Shown here piece by piece: positions 10,600-20,253 of a stretch of DNA of 64,000 nucleotides. The notes beneath the pieces are model-generated. The model saw only the letters and a program-made list of their open reading frames with translations. It did not search any database and had not been told where the DNA came from. The DNA is taken from positions 2,275 through 66,274 of the forward strand of contig JAFGGJ010000067.1 of NCBI GenBank assembly GCA_016930595.1. Reading direction: 5' to 3'. Source of the stretch: Planctomycetota bacterium. Lineage in GTDB: Bacteria; Planctomycetota; SZUA-567; JAFGGJ01. A program made the translations under genes and the position numbers. Numbering within the stretch: the first letter of the stretch is position 1; every line of letters starts with the position of its first letter.

Positions 10600-10929
10600 G
10601 TATCCCTCCTTTATTGAGGGGACACGCCCGGGGCCCGGTATTTCACAAAAAGGGCCGGATATCATTATAAAGTGACCGGTCAACCGGTCAACGGTGGTCT
10701 ACACCATGCGTCCGGCCGTGCCCCGCCCCTGCCGGCCGATGCCGCTGCCGGCAGGTTGTTATCCATCATTTCCAGCCGTGCCCGGCAGACAGAGATGTGT
10801 CTTTTTCCCCTTTGCAATTCCTCAAGACCTCCCTAATATGACTGATGTCCCGTGCTGCGGCGCCGAAACATGTCTTGCGGAGGCGGAAAGAGGAGAGCGC
10901 GCCGGTAAACCCTGGAAAGGACACGCCTG

Positions 10930-11751
10930 ATGCCAGCCGTCGAGATAATCGACCAGTTCCGGATATCCGGGAAACCCAATTACGTGCTGCAGGATACTGA
11001 GGACGAAATTTTCCGGGCGGCGTTCACGGCCCATGTCCCACTCATCATAAAAGGCCCGACGGGTTGCGGGAAAACGAGGTTCATTGAAAGCATGGCTTTT
11101 GAACTGGGGCTGCCGCTCATCACCGTTTCCTGTCATGAAGACCTGGCGGCATCGGATCTTGTGGGGCGGTTCCTGTTCAAGGACGATCAGACCATCTGGC
11201 AGGACGGTCCGCTGACGCTCGCGGCAAGGCACGGAGGAATCTGCTACCTGGACGAGATAGTCGAAGCCCGCAAAGACACGTCGGTGATAATCCATTCTCT
11301 TACCGACCACCGGCGCATCCTGTACCTGGACAAGACCGGGGAAGTGATACGTGCGCACGACGACTTCATGATGGTCCTGAGTTACAACCCGGGGTACCAG
11401 AGCATCGCCAAGGACCTGAAGCAGTCCACAAAACAGCGCTTTGCCTCGATAGTCTTCGGCCATCCCGGCATCGAGACGGAAACCGAGATAATCCTGACCG
11501 AGACGGACCTGCCGCGGGAAGACAGCGCCCGCCTGGCGGAAATGGGGTCAAAGATACGAGAGCTGAAAGGGTACGGGCTGGACGAAGGCGTCAGCACGCG
11601 CCTGCTGGTATACGTGGCCCGCCTGATGCAGGAAGGGCTTTCCCCGCTGCAGGCGTCCCGTTCGGCCATTGCCAACACGCTTACGGATGAAACGGAAGTA
11701 AGCGCATCGGTCCTGGACATCGTGAAACTCTACTGGGGCGGGTTGATGTAA
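10930..11751 (+). CDS. CbbQ/NirQ/NorQ/GvpN-family MoxR-like AAA+ ATPase
   Basis: 273-aa ORF with Walker A GPTGCGKT, Walker B ICYLDE, and SYNPGYQ...KQSTKQRF blocks characteristic of CbbQ/NorQ. Confidence 0.85.
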   Translation: MPAVEIIDQFRISGKPNYVLQDTEDEIFRAAFTAHVPLIIKGPTGCGKTRFIESMAFELGLPLITVSCHEDLAASDLVGRFLFKDDQTIWQDGPLTLAARHGGICYLDEIVEARKDTSVIIHSLTDHRRILYLDKTGEVIRAHDDFMMVLSYNPGYQSIAKDLKQSTKQRFASIVFGHPGIETETEIILTETDLPREDSARLAEMGSKIRELKGYGLDEGVSTRLLVYVARLMQEGLSPLQASRSAIANTLTDETEVSASVLDIVKLYWGGLM

Positions 11752-11763
11752 GGCGGTGCAGAT

Positions 11764-14082
11764 ATGCCGGGCACGCCGCTCGAAGCAGATGGCGATACCT
11801 ATCGGGGGTTTTCGCTGCGGAGCGTCTGCTGGGGATACCGCAAGATTTTTGAAAACCGTATCGAACAGCTCTTTGCCGAAGGAGCGATCGGGCCGGACCG
11901 CCCTGAAATCACCGAACGTTTCTTCCAGCTCCTGAAGACCGCCTCCCAGCCCGGACACGACACGTTCCTGAAAGAATTCCTCTACGCGCTGAACCCCAGG
12001 ACATGCTGGCTGATGGATCTTCCTGCGATTTTCCACGACGTTACCGACACCGCCCTGAAGCTGGCCGGGGAGCGCATATATCACGGGGTGGCCTTTTTCC
12101 GGTTTCTCGGCGCAGGCTCGTTCGGCGACAACGCCGACGAGCTGAGGACCCTTCTCGCCCACGTCAACAACCTGATGGCTGTAGACAGAGACCTCGCGTT
12201 CGCGTTCGCTCAGGGCTACAGCACGCTCAGGAAACACCTGAAAGCCAAAGAGGTGTCCGCTTTTGTCGATGAAGGCCTGGCGGTCTTCAGGAACAACCGG
12301 GAAACCGGCACCAGGTTCATGTCCTGCATGCTGCGCAGTTCCGACAACGTGATCCGGGCGCTTTCTGGCGAATGCCGCTTGGCGGACGTGCAGGAGCATC
12401 TCCGCAAGCTGCTGCACGCGCTGACCGCACGCAAGATCGAAATCGCGGACATATCCCAGCTCGACTCCGACTACCTCCTTGAACGCGGAACCGGGACCGT
12501 GGCCCTCGCCGGCCACCTGTATGTCCCGGCCCGGATCCGGCATCACGAGTCCGCCGACCTCAACGGAAAATGGTACCTGCTCGTCACCGCCCTGGCCGCG
12601 GCGTTTCACCTGGCGGAATCCTTTCCTGCAATCCACGGAGCGCCGGGGTACGAATCGATAACCCGGATGGTCGGGGAGGACGCCCGAAGCCTGAACGTGT
12701 TCCAGCTGATTGAATACGCCCGCGTACTGAGGACAGCAAGGAAGATGTGGCCCGGACTCGCCGCACTTCTCGATTTTTTCCTGGCGGAAGACCTGCAAGC
12801 CCTCCGTTCCGAATCGCATCCGGACATGGTAATGGCACAACTGTTGATGCCGGGAGAACCACAGGACCCGGACGCCCGAAGCATTCTCGCGGCCGCTTCC
12901 GCGTCGGTGAACTGCTTCGACACAGCCGCCTGGGTAACGGAGTCCGATTTAAACCGGCGCGCAGTGCTGAGCCGGGCATTGGGGGAACGCCCCCTGAGCC
13001 TGTTGAGTTTTCTTCCGGACATGCTCTACCCGGCCTATATCAGCGCTCCGCCGGACAAGAATCTTATCGCCGACCTCAAACGGGCCGCCCGCCGCCGGCG
13101 GGATACCGGCGACAAGGCTTCCGCACAGCAGGATGATGATTCCGGCGATGCCGAATTCAAGGAAACCGACCGGGAAGAGGAAGCCGGCGTCGTTGAAGCG
13201 GCGTTTGTCTACGACGAATGGAGCCAGGCGGAAAACGACTACTACAGGGACTACTGCCTGGTTCGGGAGCAGGTCCCCTCCGCCGAACACCCCGCAATGC
13301 CCGTCGACGACGAAACCGCCGAACAGTCGCGCCACGTACGGCGCCTGCTGGAAATGATAAAGCCGAGCGTAGCGACGCGCGAAAAACGGCTTGAAGACGG
13401 GGACATCATCAATCACGCCATGCTTGTCGACTACCTTGTTCAAAAGCGCAAGGAGCCTTCGCCGAAAGTGAACTTCTACGAAAAATCCCTGGTGAACCGC
13501 CGCGACGTGGCGACGCTGGTGCTCATGGATATAAGCGGCTCGACGCGGTCCGAGACAACCGGCAGAAAGGTGATAGACATAGAAAAACGCTCGGCTTTCG
13601 TCCTCGGCGAAGGGCTGGCGGGGCTGGGGGACCGTTTTTCGATATGCGGTTTCAGCGGAAGCGGCCGGGACAATTGCATCTACATGATCTACAAGGACTT
13701 TTCCGATTCGTGGAACAGCGGCACCCGCACAAGGCTGATGTCCGCCAGGCCCATGAGCTCGACCAGGATAGGCCCGGCCCTCAGACACTCCGGCTACCGC
13801 CTGTCGAAGATCGACGCCCGCCACCGCCTCATAATACTTATCACCGACGGGCTGCCCATGGACACCGGCTACGACCCGAATACGCGTTACGCCCAGCACG
13901 ACGTCCGCATGGCCTGCGAGGAAAATCTCCATCAATACGTTCACACGTTCGGGATATGCACCGCGGAAACCAGCATCGGCAACATGGAGATAATGTTCCC
14001 GGGGAGAAGGTTCGCCGTCATGCCGGATATCTGCCGGCTGCCCAAAATTCTGCCGGGGCTGTATCTCAAGCTCACCTTGTAG
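11764..14082 (+). CDS. CbbO/NorD-like protein with C-terminal von Willebrand factor A domain
   Basis: 772-aa ORF starting 13 nt after the AAA+ gene. Long helical N-terminal region. C-terminal VWA with an intact MIDAS motif (DISGS ... SSTR ... ITDGLP). Confidence 0.75.
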   Translation: MPGTPLEADGDTYRGFSLRSVCWGYRKIFENRIEQLFAEGAIGPDRPEITERFFQLLKTASQPGHDTFLKEFLYALNPRTCWLMDLPAIFHDVTDTALKLAGERIYHGVAFFRFLGAGSFGDNADELRTLLAHVNNLMAVDRDLAFAFAQGYSTLRKHLKAKEVSAFVDEGLAVFRNNRETGTRFMSCMLRSSDNVIRALSGECRLADVQEHLRKLLHALTARKIEIADISQLDSDYLLERGTGTVALAGHLYVPARIRHHESADLNGKWYLLVTALAAAFHLAESFPAIHGAPGYESITRMVGEDARSLNVFQLIEYARVLRTARKMWPGLAALLDFFLAEDLQALRSESHPDMVMAQLLMPGEPQDPDARSILAAASASVNCFDTAAWVTESDLNRRAVLSRALGERPLSLLSFLPDMLYPAYISAPPDKNLIADLKRAARRRRDTGDKASAQQDDDSGDAEFKETDREEEAGVVEAAFVYDEWSQAENDYYRDYCLVREQVPSAEHPAMPVDDETAEQSRHVRRLLEMIKPSVATREKRLEDGDIINHAMLVDYLVQKRKEPSPKVNFYEKSLVNRRDVATLVLMDISGSTRSETTGRKVIDIEKRSAFVLGEGLAGLGDRFSICGFSGSGRDNCIYMIYKDFSDSWNSGTRTRLMSARPMSSTRIGPALRHSGYRLSKIDARHRLIILITDGLPMDTGYDPNTRYAQHDVRMACEENLHQYVHTFGICTAETSIGNMEIMFPGRRFAVMPDICRLPKILPGLYLKLTL

Positions 14083-14127
14083 AAACAGGACCCCTCCGGC
14101 CGGCATACCCGTCGCCGGCGGCCCCCG

Positions 14128-15402
14128 TCATGCGTCAATCTCAACGGTCCTGTGCCCGCGCATGGAAGAATCCGCAGCGAACGCTATCAGGTGCCCCGTG
14201 AGAGAGTCTTCTATGCGCGTGACCCCCCGGGACGTCTCTTCGCCCAGAAGGGTGCTGACAAAATCATCCACGAGCAGGCCGTCGCCGCCCCCGTGGCCGT
14301 CGCCCCTGACGCCTATATCGACGTGTTCCTCCGTGTACGTCCTGCCCGGCTCGCCGCACGGCAGGCGGAGAACCAGTTCCCCGGCTTCCATGTCGCCTTC
14401 CACCTCACCTTTTGTACCGACGACGTGTATCGTCCTGCTGCCGCGGGCCGCGCCGGTGAACATGTCGTGCGTGGCCGTGACGCCGTTTTCGAATTCGATC
14501 AGCACCGACTGATGATCGACAACGTCGTTGTCGCAATGCCACACGCACCTGCCGTAGGGATTGTCGGTCTTCAGCGACTCCAGTTTCCGCTCATCCGTCG
14601 CGTCGGGCACATGCTCGATCGGCTCCCATGCATAAAAGCCCCAGAGTTTCTGCTCCACGTACATCGTCTTTGCCGAATAGGGACAGTCCGGCTCGATCCT
14701 GCAGCCGTCAAGGCACCTCTCAGCGGAGCCTTCCGGAGCGTTCTCCGGGCGGAAGTGGACAAGCGACCCGAAACTCGACACCCGCCTGGCGGCGACGCCG
14801 GATACGATCCACGCTATTATGTCCATATCGTGACAGCATTTCGCCAGGAGCATCGGGTTGGAATCGGCCTCTTTCCGCCATCTGCCCCGCACGAACCCCG
14901 TGGCCATGTGGTGGTAACTGACGTTTTCCGACGTATGCAGCGACACGACATCGCCTATCCGGCCGTCCAGCAGCAGGCGTTTTATGGTGGAATAGAACGG
15001 CGCGTACCTGAGCACGTGGCATATCATGACGACGGCGCCGTTGTCCCCGGCGGTCCTTATCAGGCCGCGCACTTCGTCGGCCGTCGCGGCGATGGGCTTT
15101 TCCAGGAGCATGTGATAACCCTGCCTGAGAAAAGGCATCGACGACGAATAATGCAGCCGGTCCATGGTGCCGTTGATCACGGCGTCCGCAAATTTGGGCC
15201 GCGCGGCCATATCCTCATAACTCTCGAACAGCATATCCCCGGCCAGGCCGTGCCGTTCCGCAAGCGCCGCCCTCCTGTGTTCCACCGGGTCGGCCACGGC
15301 CACGACTTTCATCCTGTCGGGGTGCCTGAGGGCATACGCTGCATATCCGACCGACCTGTGCCCGGCCCCGACAACGGCGACCTTCAGCGGTTTCTCAACC
15401 AT
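14128..15402 (-). CDS. Gfo/Idh/MocA family oxidoreductase
   Basis: 424-aa ORF with N-terminus KVAVVGAGHRS and an EKP motif (LLEKPIAAT). Confidence 0.8.
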   Translation of the reverse strand: MVEKPLKVAVVGAGHRSVGYAAYALRHPDRMKVVAVADPVEHRRAALAERHGLAGDMLFESYEDMAARPKFADAVINGTMDRLHYSSSMPFLRQGYHMLLEKPIAATADEVRGLIRTAGDNGAVVMICHVLRYAPFYSTIKRLLLDGRIGDVVSLHTSENVSYHHMATGFVRGRWRKEADSNPMLLAKCCHDMDIIAWIVSGVAARRVSSFGSLVHFRPENAPEGSAERCLDGCRIEPDCPYSAKTMYVEQKLWGFYAWEPIEHVPDATDERKLESLKTDNPYGRCVWHCDNDVVDHQSVLIEFENGVTATHDMFTGAARGSRTIHVVGTKGEVEGDMEAGELVLRLPCGEPGRTYTEEHVDIGVRGDGHGGGDGLLVDDFVSTLLGEETSRGVTRIEDSLTGHLIAFAADSSMRGHRTVEIDA

Positions 15403-15426
15403 CGGCTCCGTCCTCCGCCGTCTTTC

Positions 15427-15831
15427 TCAGCGCTTCCTTCTGGCCAGGTAGACAAGCACGCACGGTCCCCCGTGAATCACCGTCTTGCCCGCGGCCTCCA
15501 GCGTCTCCACCGCCACGGGGAGTTCCGCACCCGGCTGCATCCAGACCATCCTGACCGGCAGGCCGGCGAGTTCCCCGGCGATGCGTCTGGTGGTCAGCGG
15601 CGGCACCACCAGCACCACGCCTTCCGGCTGGACGGGCAGGTCCGACACCGACGGATAGCACTTGTCGCCCGCAACCGTATCGAGCTTGGGATTGACGGGG
15701 TATACTTCAAACCCGGCCGCCTTCAGCCTGTCATATATTATGCGCCCGTACTTGGCCACGTCCTCGCTGACGCCCACAACCGCGAGAGGCCGCAGGGCGA
15801 AAAAATCCTCTTCGCTCATCGTGTCCGTCAC
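15427..15831 (-). CDS. CoA-binding domain protein (YccU-like)
   Basis: 134-aa ORF with LAVVGVSED..KYG and EVYPVNPK motifs. Overlaps the proB stop by 4 nt. Confidence 0.75.
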   Translation of the reverse strand: MTDTMSEEDFFALRPLAVVGVSEDVAKYGRIIYDRLKAAGFEVYPVNPKLDTVAGDKCYPSVSDLPVQPEGVVLVVPPLTTRRIAGELAGLPVRMVWMQPGAELPVAVETLEAAGKTVIHGGPCVLVYLARRKR

Positions 15832-16982
15832 AGCAGCCCCTCAAGCACGACCAGGTTGTCCCTGTGTACGACTTCCGACTCCGTCGAACGGCCCAGGACC
15901 TCCATGGCCCGGCGCGAATGCAATCCCTTGGTCTTCAGCACTTCGGCGGAACTCATCTCGCTTATGCCGCGTGCGATACGTGCTCCGGCGCAAGATATTT
16001 CAACGAGGTCGCCGGCGGCAAAAACGCCGCTGACGCCGGTGACGCCGGAAGGGAGGAGGCTTTTCTTCCCCTTGTGAACCGCGTTGGCGGCTCCGGCGTC
16101 GACTTCTATGGAACCTTCTGCCTTGCCGGCAAATGCGAGCCACCGGCGCTTGCCCTTCAACTTGCTCCCCGCCGGCGGAAAGAACGTGCCGACTTCCTCC
16201 CCCGCCAGGACACGGTTCACGATATGCCGGCGGCGGCCCTTCGCTATGACCGCGAGCGAACCGGCGGAGGTGACCATCTTCGCGGCCATCAGTTTGCTCG
16301 CCATGCCTCCCGAGCCCAGGCCGCTCCTGCTCCCGCCCGCAGCCGCCGAATGCTCGGCCGTTATGCGTTCGATAATGCTCACAAGGCTGCCGCCTTCGTC
16401 GGGCGGAGCGTTGTAGAAACCTTCAACGTCGGTGAGGAGTACGAGGGCGTCGGCCCCCACAAGCAGGGTGACGAGAGCGGCGATGAAGTCGTTCTCGCCG
16501 AACCGTATTTCCTCGGTGGCCACGGCGTCGTTCTCGTTTATGACGGGGACGGCGCCGATGCCTATCAGCCTGTTGAGAGTGTTCTGTGCGTTGGTGAAAC
16601 GCACGCGTTCCTGAAAGTCCTCCCGGGTTATCAGCACCTGGGCGGTCGTGATGCCGCGCCGCTTGAACAGCCTGCCGTAGGTGTGCATCAGTTCGACCTG
16701 CCCTATCGAAGCCAGCGCCTGCTTGGTCGGCAGGTCGTCGGCGGACCCGAGGCTGTCGGGCATGATGTTGCGCCCCGTGGCAATCGCCCCGGAACTCACC
16801 AGGACTATCTCGCGCCCGCGTGCCTTTTCCGCCCGGAACTGCTCCGCCAGGTGCCCTATGAACTTCCGGTTCAGTCCGCGCTGCCCGCCGGCGAGCAACG
16901 CGCTGCCCACCTTGACGACGATCCGCTTCGTCCTGCCAAGCATCGATTTTCTCATGGCGTGCCTTTCGATGCCATTATGCAC
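15828..16982 (-). CDS. proB: glutamate 5-kinase with C-terminal PUA domain
   Basis: 384-aa ORF with KRIVVKVGSALL, VLVSSGAIATG, and a C-terminal PUA-like block (IEVDAGAANAV..GKKSLLPSGV). Start could be the internal MRKS. Confidence 0.9.
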   Translation of the reverse strand: MHNGIERHAMRKSMLGRTKRIVVKVGSALLAGGQRGLNRKFIGHLAEQFRAEKARGREIVLVSSGAIATGRNIMPDSLGSADDLPTKQALASIGQVELMHTYGRLFKRRGITTAQVLITREDFQERVRFTNAQNTLNRLIGIGAVPVINENDAVATEEIRFGENDFIAALVTLLVGADALVLLTDVEGFYNAPPDEGGSLVSIIERITAEHSAAAGGSRSGLGSGGMASKLMAAKMVTSAGSLAVIAKGRRRHIVNRVLAGEEVGTFFPPAGSKLKGKRRWLAFAGKAEGSIEVDAGAANAVHKGKKSLLPSGVTGVSGVFAAGDLVEISCAGARIARGISEMSSAEVLKTKGLHSRRAMEVLGRSTESEVVHRDNLVVLEGLL

Positions 16983-17010
16983 GGTTCGAAATCATTGGCA
17001 AGCGGCGAGA

Positions 17011-17856
17011 TCAGCCGCTGTACCTCCTGCGCCATTCCGTGGGCGTGAGTCCCGTGACTTTCCTGAAGGAATCGGCGAAATGCTGGCTTGTCGCAAATCC
17101 CATCTCGAACGCGACGTCCGTTATGGTCCCCGCGCCTTCCCGGATCAGCTCCTTGGCCGCATCTATGCGCTTTCTCACTATGTAGTCGCCCGGCGACAGC
17201 CCCACATGCTTTCGGAAAAGCCTGCTCAGGCGCGAAACGGAAAACCCCACGCGCTCGGCCAGCTCCGGCACGGCCGGCGGATCCCGCAATTCGTTCCGCA
17301 CTATCTCCAGCGCTCTTGCCACCTCCGCCGGGACCGCCTCATGATCCGGCGTGCCGCCGGCCTTGAATCCCCGCCCCATCAACACTATCGCATACGTCAG
17401 CAGACTCCTGGTCGCCGCCGGGCTTTCACCGCTGCGCAGTTCGTTCAACAGGCTCTCCAGCGTGCGCTCAAGCCCGTCCGGCGCCCTGGCCACTCTCGCC
17501 CCGGCGTCAAACGCGTCCTTCAAAAACCCCGCCTCGTCTCCATCCATCATCAGCCCCGGGGCCGACGGCAATATCACCGTCCAGAACAGTACACACGGAT
17601 GCATCACGTCAGCCGTCCCGCTGTGCTCTTCTCCAGGTCTCGCTACGAACAAATCGCCCCCTCTTACCTCGAATTCATTCCCATCCACCTGCCAGACGAC
17701 CTGCCCGCTGACGAGATATGCAATCTCGTATCCTTCGTGCTTGTGGGAACCCAGGCTGCCGGCGTGCCTGAACACGTCGAAACCGAAATCCGTAACCCCG
17801 GCCAGGCCGGCCACCGGCCCGGTGAAGGTAACGCGCCTCGAGGCGTCATGTCCCAT
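17011..17856 (-). CDS. AraC family transcriptional regulator (cupin sensor + HTH)
   Basis: 281-aa ORF with N-terminal cupin (HKHEGYEIAYLVSGQVVW) and a C-terminal double HTH (VSRLSRLFRKHVGLSPGDY ... SQHFADSFRKVTGLTPTEWRR). Confidence 0.85.
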   Translation of the reverse strand: MGHDASRRVTFTGPVAGLAGVTDFGFDVFRHAGSLGSHKHEGYEIAYLVSGQVVWQVDGNEFEVRGGDLFVARPGEEHSGTADVMHPCVLFWTVILPSAPGLMMDGDEAGFLKDAFDAGARVARAPDGLERTLESLLNELRSGESPAATRSLLTYAIVLMGRGFKAGGTPDHEAVPAEVARALEIVRNELRDPPAVPELAERVGFSVSRLSRLFRKHVGLSPGDYIVRKRIDAAKELIREGAGTITDVAFEMGFATSQHFADSFRKVTGLTPTEWRRRYSG

Positions 17857-17948
17857 TTACGATATCCTGCAGGCTATGATTCCGGAAGCTTTCCTCCCCG
17901 CCCCGTGTTATTCTAACGCATGGTATCCTTTCGCGAAAGGTAATACGA

Positions 17949-18977
17949 ATGCCTATGTCACCCAGAGAAGTCGTCCGGGCCGCCATCCGTTTTCAGTCGC
18001 CCGACCGCCTGCCCGTGGACATGGGTTCGCTCGGTTACTCGGACATGTTCGGCATCGGGCTCGAACACGATTCTGAACGCCGCCGCACGGGTTCCGGCCG
18101 TGACGAGTGGGGCTGCATATGGTCCCGTACCGAAATGGCCAACATGGGCCAGGTCAAGGGACATCCCCTTACCGATTACTCGATGGTTGCCGACTATCCC
18201 TTCCCCGACCCTGAAGATCCCTTCATCTACGACCGGGTCGCCGAAGCGCTGAAGGCCCCGGAAGCGTCCTTCAAATACGTGGGCGTCGGCCAATTCATGG
18301 TCCTGTTTGAGCGCATGCACAGCCTCATGGGCTTCGAAAACGTCCTGGCCGGCCTCTACCTGGAACCGGAAGCCATGGCTGTTCTCGCAGACAGGATCGT
18401 CGACTACAATGTCGCAAAAATCCTCCGCTGCGGCGAGCTCTTCGGCGACAGGATCCAGTCCTACGGCGGCACCGACGACTGGGGGACCCAGCAGGCTCTC
18501 TTCATCAGCCCCGACAAGTGGCGTGATTTCTTTCTCCCGCGCTACAGGCGCATCTACGACGCCGTTCATTCGCTGGGATGGGACTGCCGCCTGCATTCCT
18601 GCGGCAACGTGACGGAAGCCATCCCCATGCTCATCGAAGCCGGGCTGAACGACATCAATCTCCAGCAGCCCAAGGCCCTCGGCATCGACGCCGTGGGTGA
18701 CCGTTTCGCCGGAAAAATCTGCTTCACCTCCCTCTGCGACATACAGCACACCCTCCCCGTTCACGACCGCACCGCCATCGTGGACGAAGCCGCCCACCTC
18801 CTCCGCAGATGGGCCACACGGCGCGGCGGCTTCATCTTTTCCGACTACGGCGACGGCACGGCTATCGGTGTGCCTGACGACATCAAGCGTGTCATGTTCG
18901 ACGCCTTCCTGGAAAACGACCCCTACCGCGGCGCTTCAGGCCCGGCGCATCCGGCGCTTGAAGCCGTCGGCGCGTAG
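17949..18977 (+). CDS. URO-D/MtaA family protein, paralogue B
   Basis: 342-aa ORF with N-terminus REVVRAAIRFQSPDRLPVD and an LHSCGNVTEAIPMLIEAG block. Divergent from the AraC gene. Confidence 0.7.
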   Translation: MPMSPREVVRAAIRFQSPDRLPVDMGSLGYSDMFGIGLEHDSERRRTGSGRDEWGCIWSRTEMANMGQVKGHPLTDYSMVADYPFPDPEDPFIYDRVAEALKAPEASFKYVGVGQFMVLFERMHSLMGFENVLAGLYLEPEAMAVLADRIVDYNVAKILRCGELFGDRIQSYGGTDDWGTQQALFISPDKWRDFFLPRYRRIYDAVHSLGWDCRLHSCGNVTEAIPMLIEAGLNDINLQQPKALGIDAVGDRFAGKICFTSLCDIQHTLPVHDRTAIVDEAAHLLRRWATRRGGFIFSDYGDGTAIGVPDDIKRVMFDAFLENDPYRGASGPAHPALEAVGA

Positions 18978-19002
18978 ACGGTCCATATCAAGGAGTCCAC
19001 GC

Positions 19003-20178
19003 ATGTCCCGTGTGAAACAGCAGTCGCAGGCTTCGCCTCCCGTCCTGCCTTCGAACGATGACAAGGACTCCGTGTGGAAAGCCTATCATGACCGCAAACC
19101 GCTCCGCGTTCCCGTCATCCTCGCGACCAATCCACGCGTCTACACCCTCGATGAGCAGTACAACGACACCGGCCTCAGCTTCGAACAGTCCTTCTCTGAC
19201 CCGCGCAGCATGCTCCTGTCCCAGCTCAAGTGGCAGGAACTGGCCCGCTCGGTCTATCATCGCTACTGCGACTACCCGGCCGGCCTCCCCGACAGATGGA
19301 CGGTCGGCATAGACTTCCAGAACGTCTACGAAGCATGGTTTTTCGGCTCACCCGTCGAATTCAGGGCCGACCAGGTCCCGGATGCAAAACCCTGGCTCGC
19401 GGAAGACAACAAGCGCGCCGTCTTCGACGTGGACATCGACCGCCCGTTTGAACGGGACCCCTTCAGGCGCGGCATCGAATTCACCGAGCGCATGATGGAA
19501 ATAGCCGAAAACACGACGTACCTGGACCGCCCCGTCTCCGTCAATCCCTATCTGCCCGGCACCGACGGCGCGGTGACCATCGCCGTCGCTCTCCGCGGCG
19601 GGGATTTCCTCTCCGATCTCATCCTCGACCCCGGCTACGCCGACGAACTCATGGATTTCATCACCCAGGCCGCCGTGAAACGCATCAACGCCGCCCACCG
19701 CTACTGGGGCCGCAAACTCTCCGCCGTGGGCTACGCCGACGATGCCGTCCAGATGCTCTCCCACGAAATGTACCTCGAAAAAATCCTCCCCCACCACGGC
19801 CGTTTCTACGACGCTCTCGACCCGGAGCGCACCCTTCCACGCTCCATCCACCTCTGCGGAAACGTCCAGCGGCACCTGCCGGCGATAGCCGCCCGCCTCG
19901 GCGTCCGCTCGATTGATACCGGTTTCCCCGTGGACTTCGGCGGCCTGCGCAAATCGCTGGGCCCCGACGTGGAAATCCTCGGCGGAGTCGAAGTCGCCAC
20001 CCTTCTCAACGGCAGCCCCCGGCAGGTCCTCGAACGGGCGCGGCAGATTCTTCAGAGCGGCGTCATGGATGGCGGCAGGTTCATACTGCGCGAAGCCAAC
20101 AACCTGCCTCCCAAGGTCCCCACGGCCAACCTCGAAGCCATGTACCGCGCCTCCCTGCAGTTCGGGCGCTACGACTGA
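19003..20178 (+). CDS. URO-D/MtaA family protein, paralogue C
   Basis: The ORF track starts at 18697 inside the previous gene. In-frame ATG at 19003 is preceded by aggag (18991-18995). IHLCGNVQRHLPAIAARLG block. Confidence 0.65.
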   Translation: MSRVKQQSQASPPVLPSNDDKDSVWKAYHDRKPLRVPVILATNPRVYTLDEQYNDTGLSFEQSFSDPRSMLLSQLKWQELARSVYHRYCDYPAGLPDRWTVGIDFQNVYEAWFFGSPVEFRADQVPDAKPWLAEDNKRAVFDVDIDRPFERDPFRRGIEFTERMMEIAENTTYLDRPVSVNPYLPGTDGAVTIAVALRGGDFLSDLILDPGYADELMDFITQAAVKRINAAHRYWGRKLSAVGYADDAVQMLSHEMYLEKILPHHGRFYDALDPERTLPRSIHLCGNVQRHLPAIAARLGVRSIDTGFPVDFGGLRKSLGPDVEILGGVEVATLLNGSPRQVLERARQILQSGVMDGGRFILREANNLPPKVPTANLEAMYRASLQFGRYD

Positions 20179-20253
20179 ACCGCCCTGCCGCGGCACGCGG
20201 CAAACCGGGCGCCGGGCCTTGCCCGCCTCCCCCCGCATGTTAGAATCGCCTGA

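Noticed and set aside
10838-10930. 30-codon Cys-containing upstream ORF (MTDVPCCGAETCLAE...) whose stop overlaps the cbbQ-like ATG (TGATG). Considered as a possible leader or precursor peptide.
   Set aside because: It has no purine-rich RBS, and its ATG sits inside the candidate -10 hexamer (TAATAT). The cbbQ-like gene has its own gaaagga RBS. Such short ORFs are expected by chance.
14152-16077. 641-aa plus-strand ORF. Similar long shadow ORFs: 57396-59360(+), 52570-54300(+), 43-1212(-), 7071-8171(-), 7967-9076(-), 11548-12840(-), 12949-14106(-), 19348-20406(-), 20612-21955(-), 42860-44095(+).
   Set aside because: All are antisense to ORFs with clear family motifs. They are Arg/Pro/Gly/His-rich with no recognisable domains, which is the expected stop-codon-poor artefact of GC-rich sequence.
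18697-19002. Upstream part of ORF 18697-20178.
   Set aside because: It lies in a different frame inside URO-D paralogue B and is Ser/Thr/Pro-rich. ATG at 19003, with an aggag RBS, starts just after the paralogue B stop.
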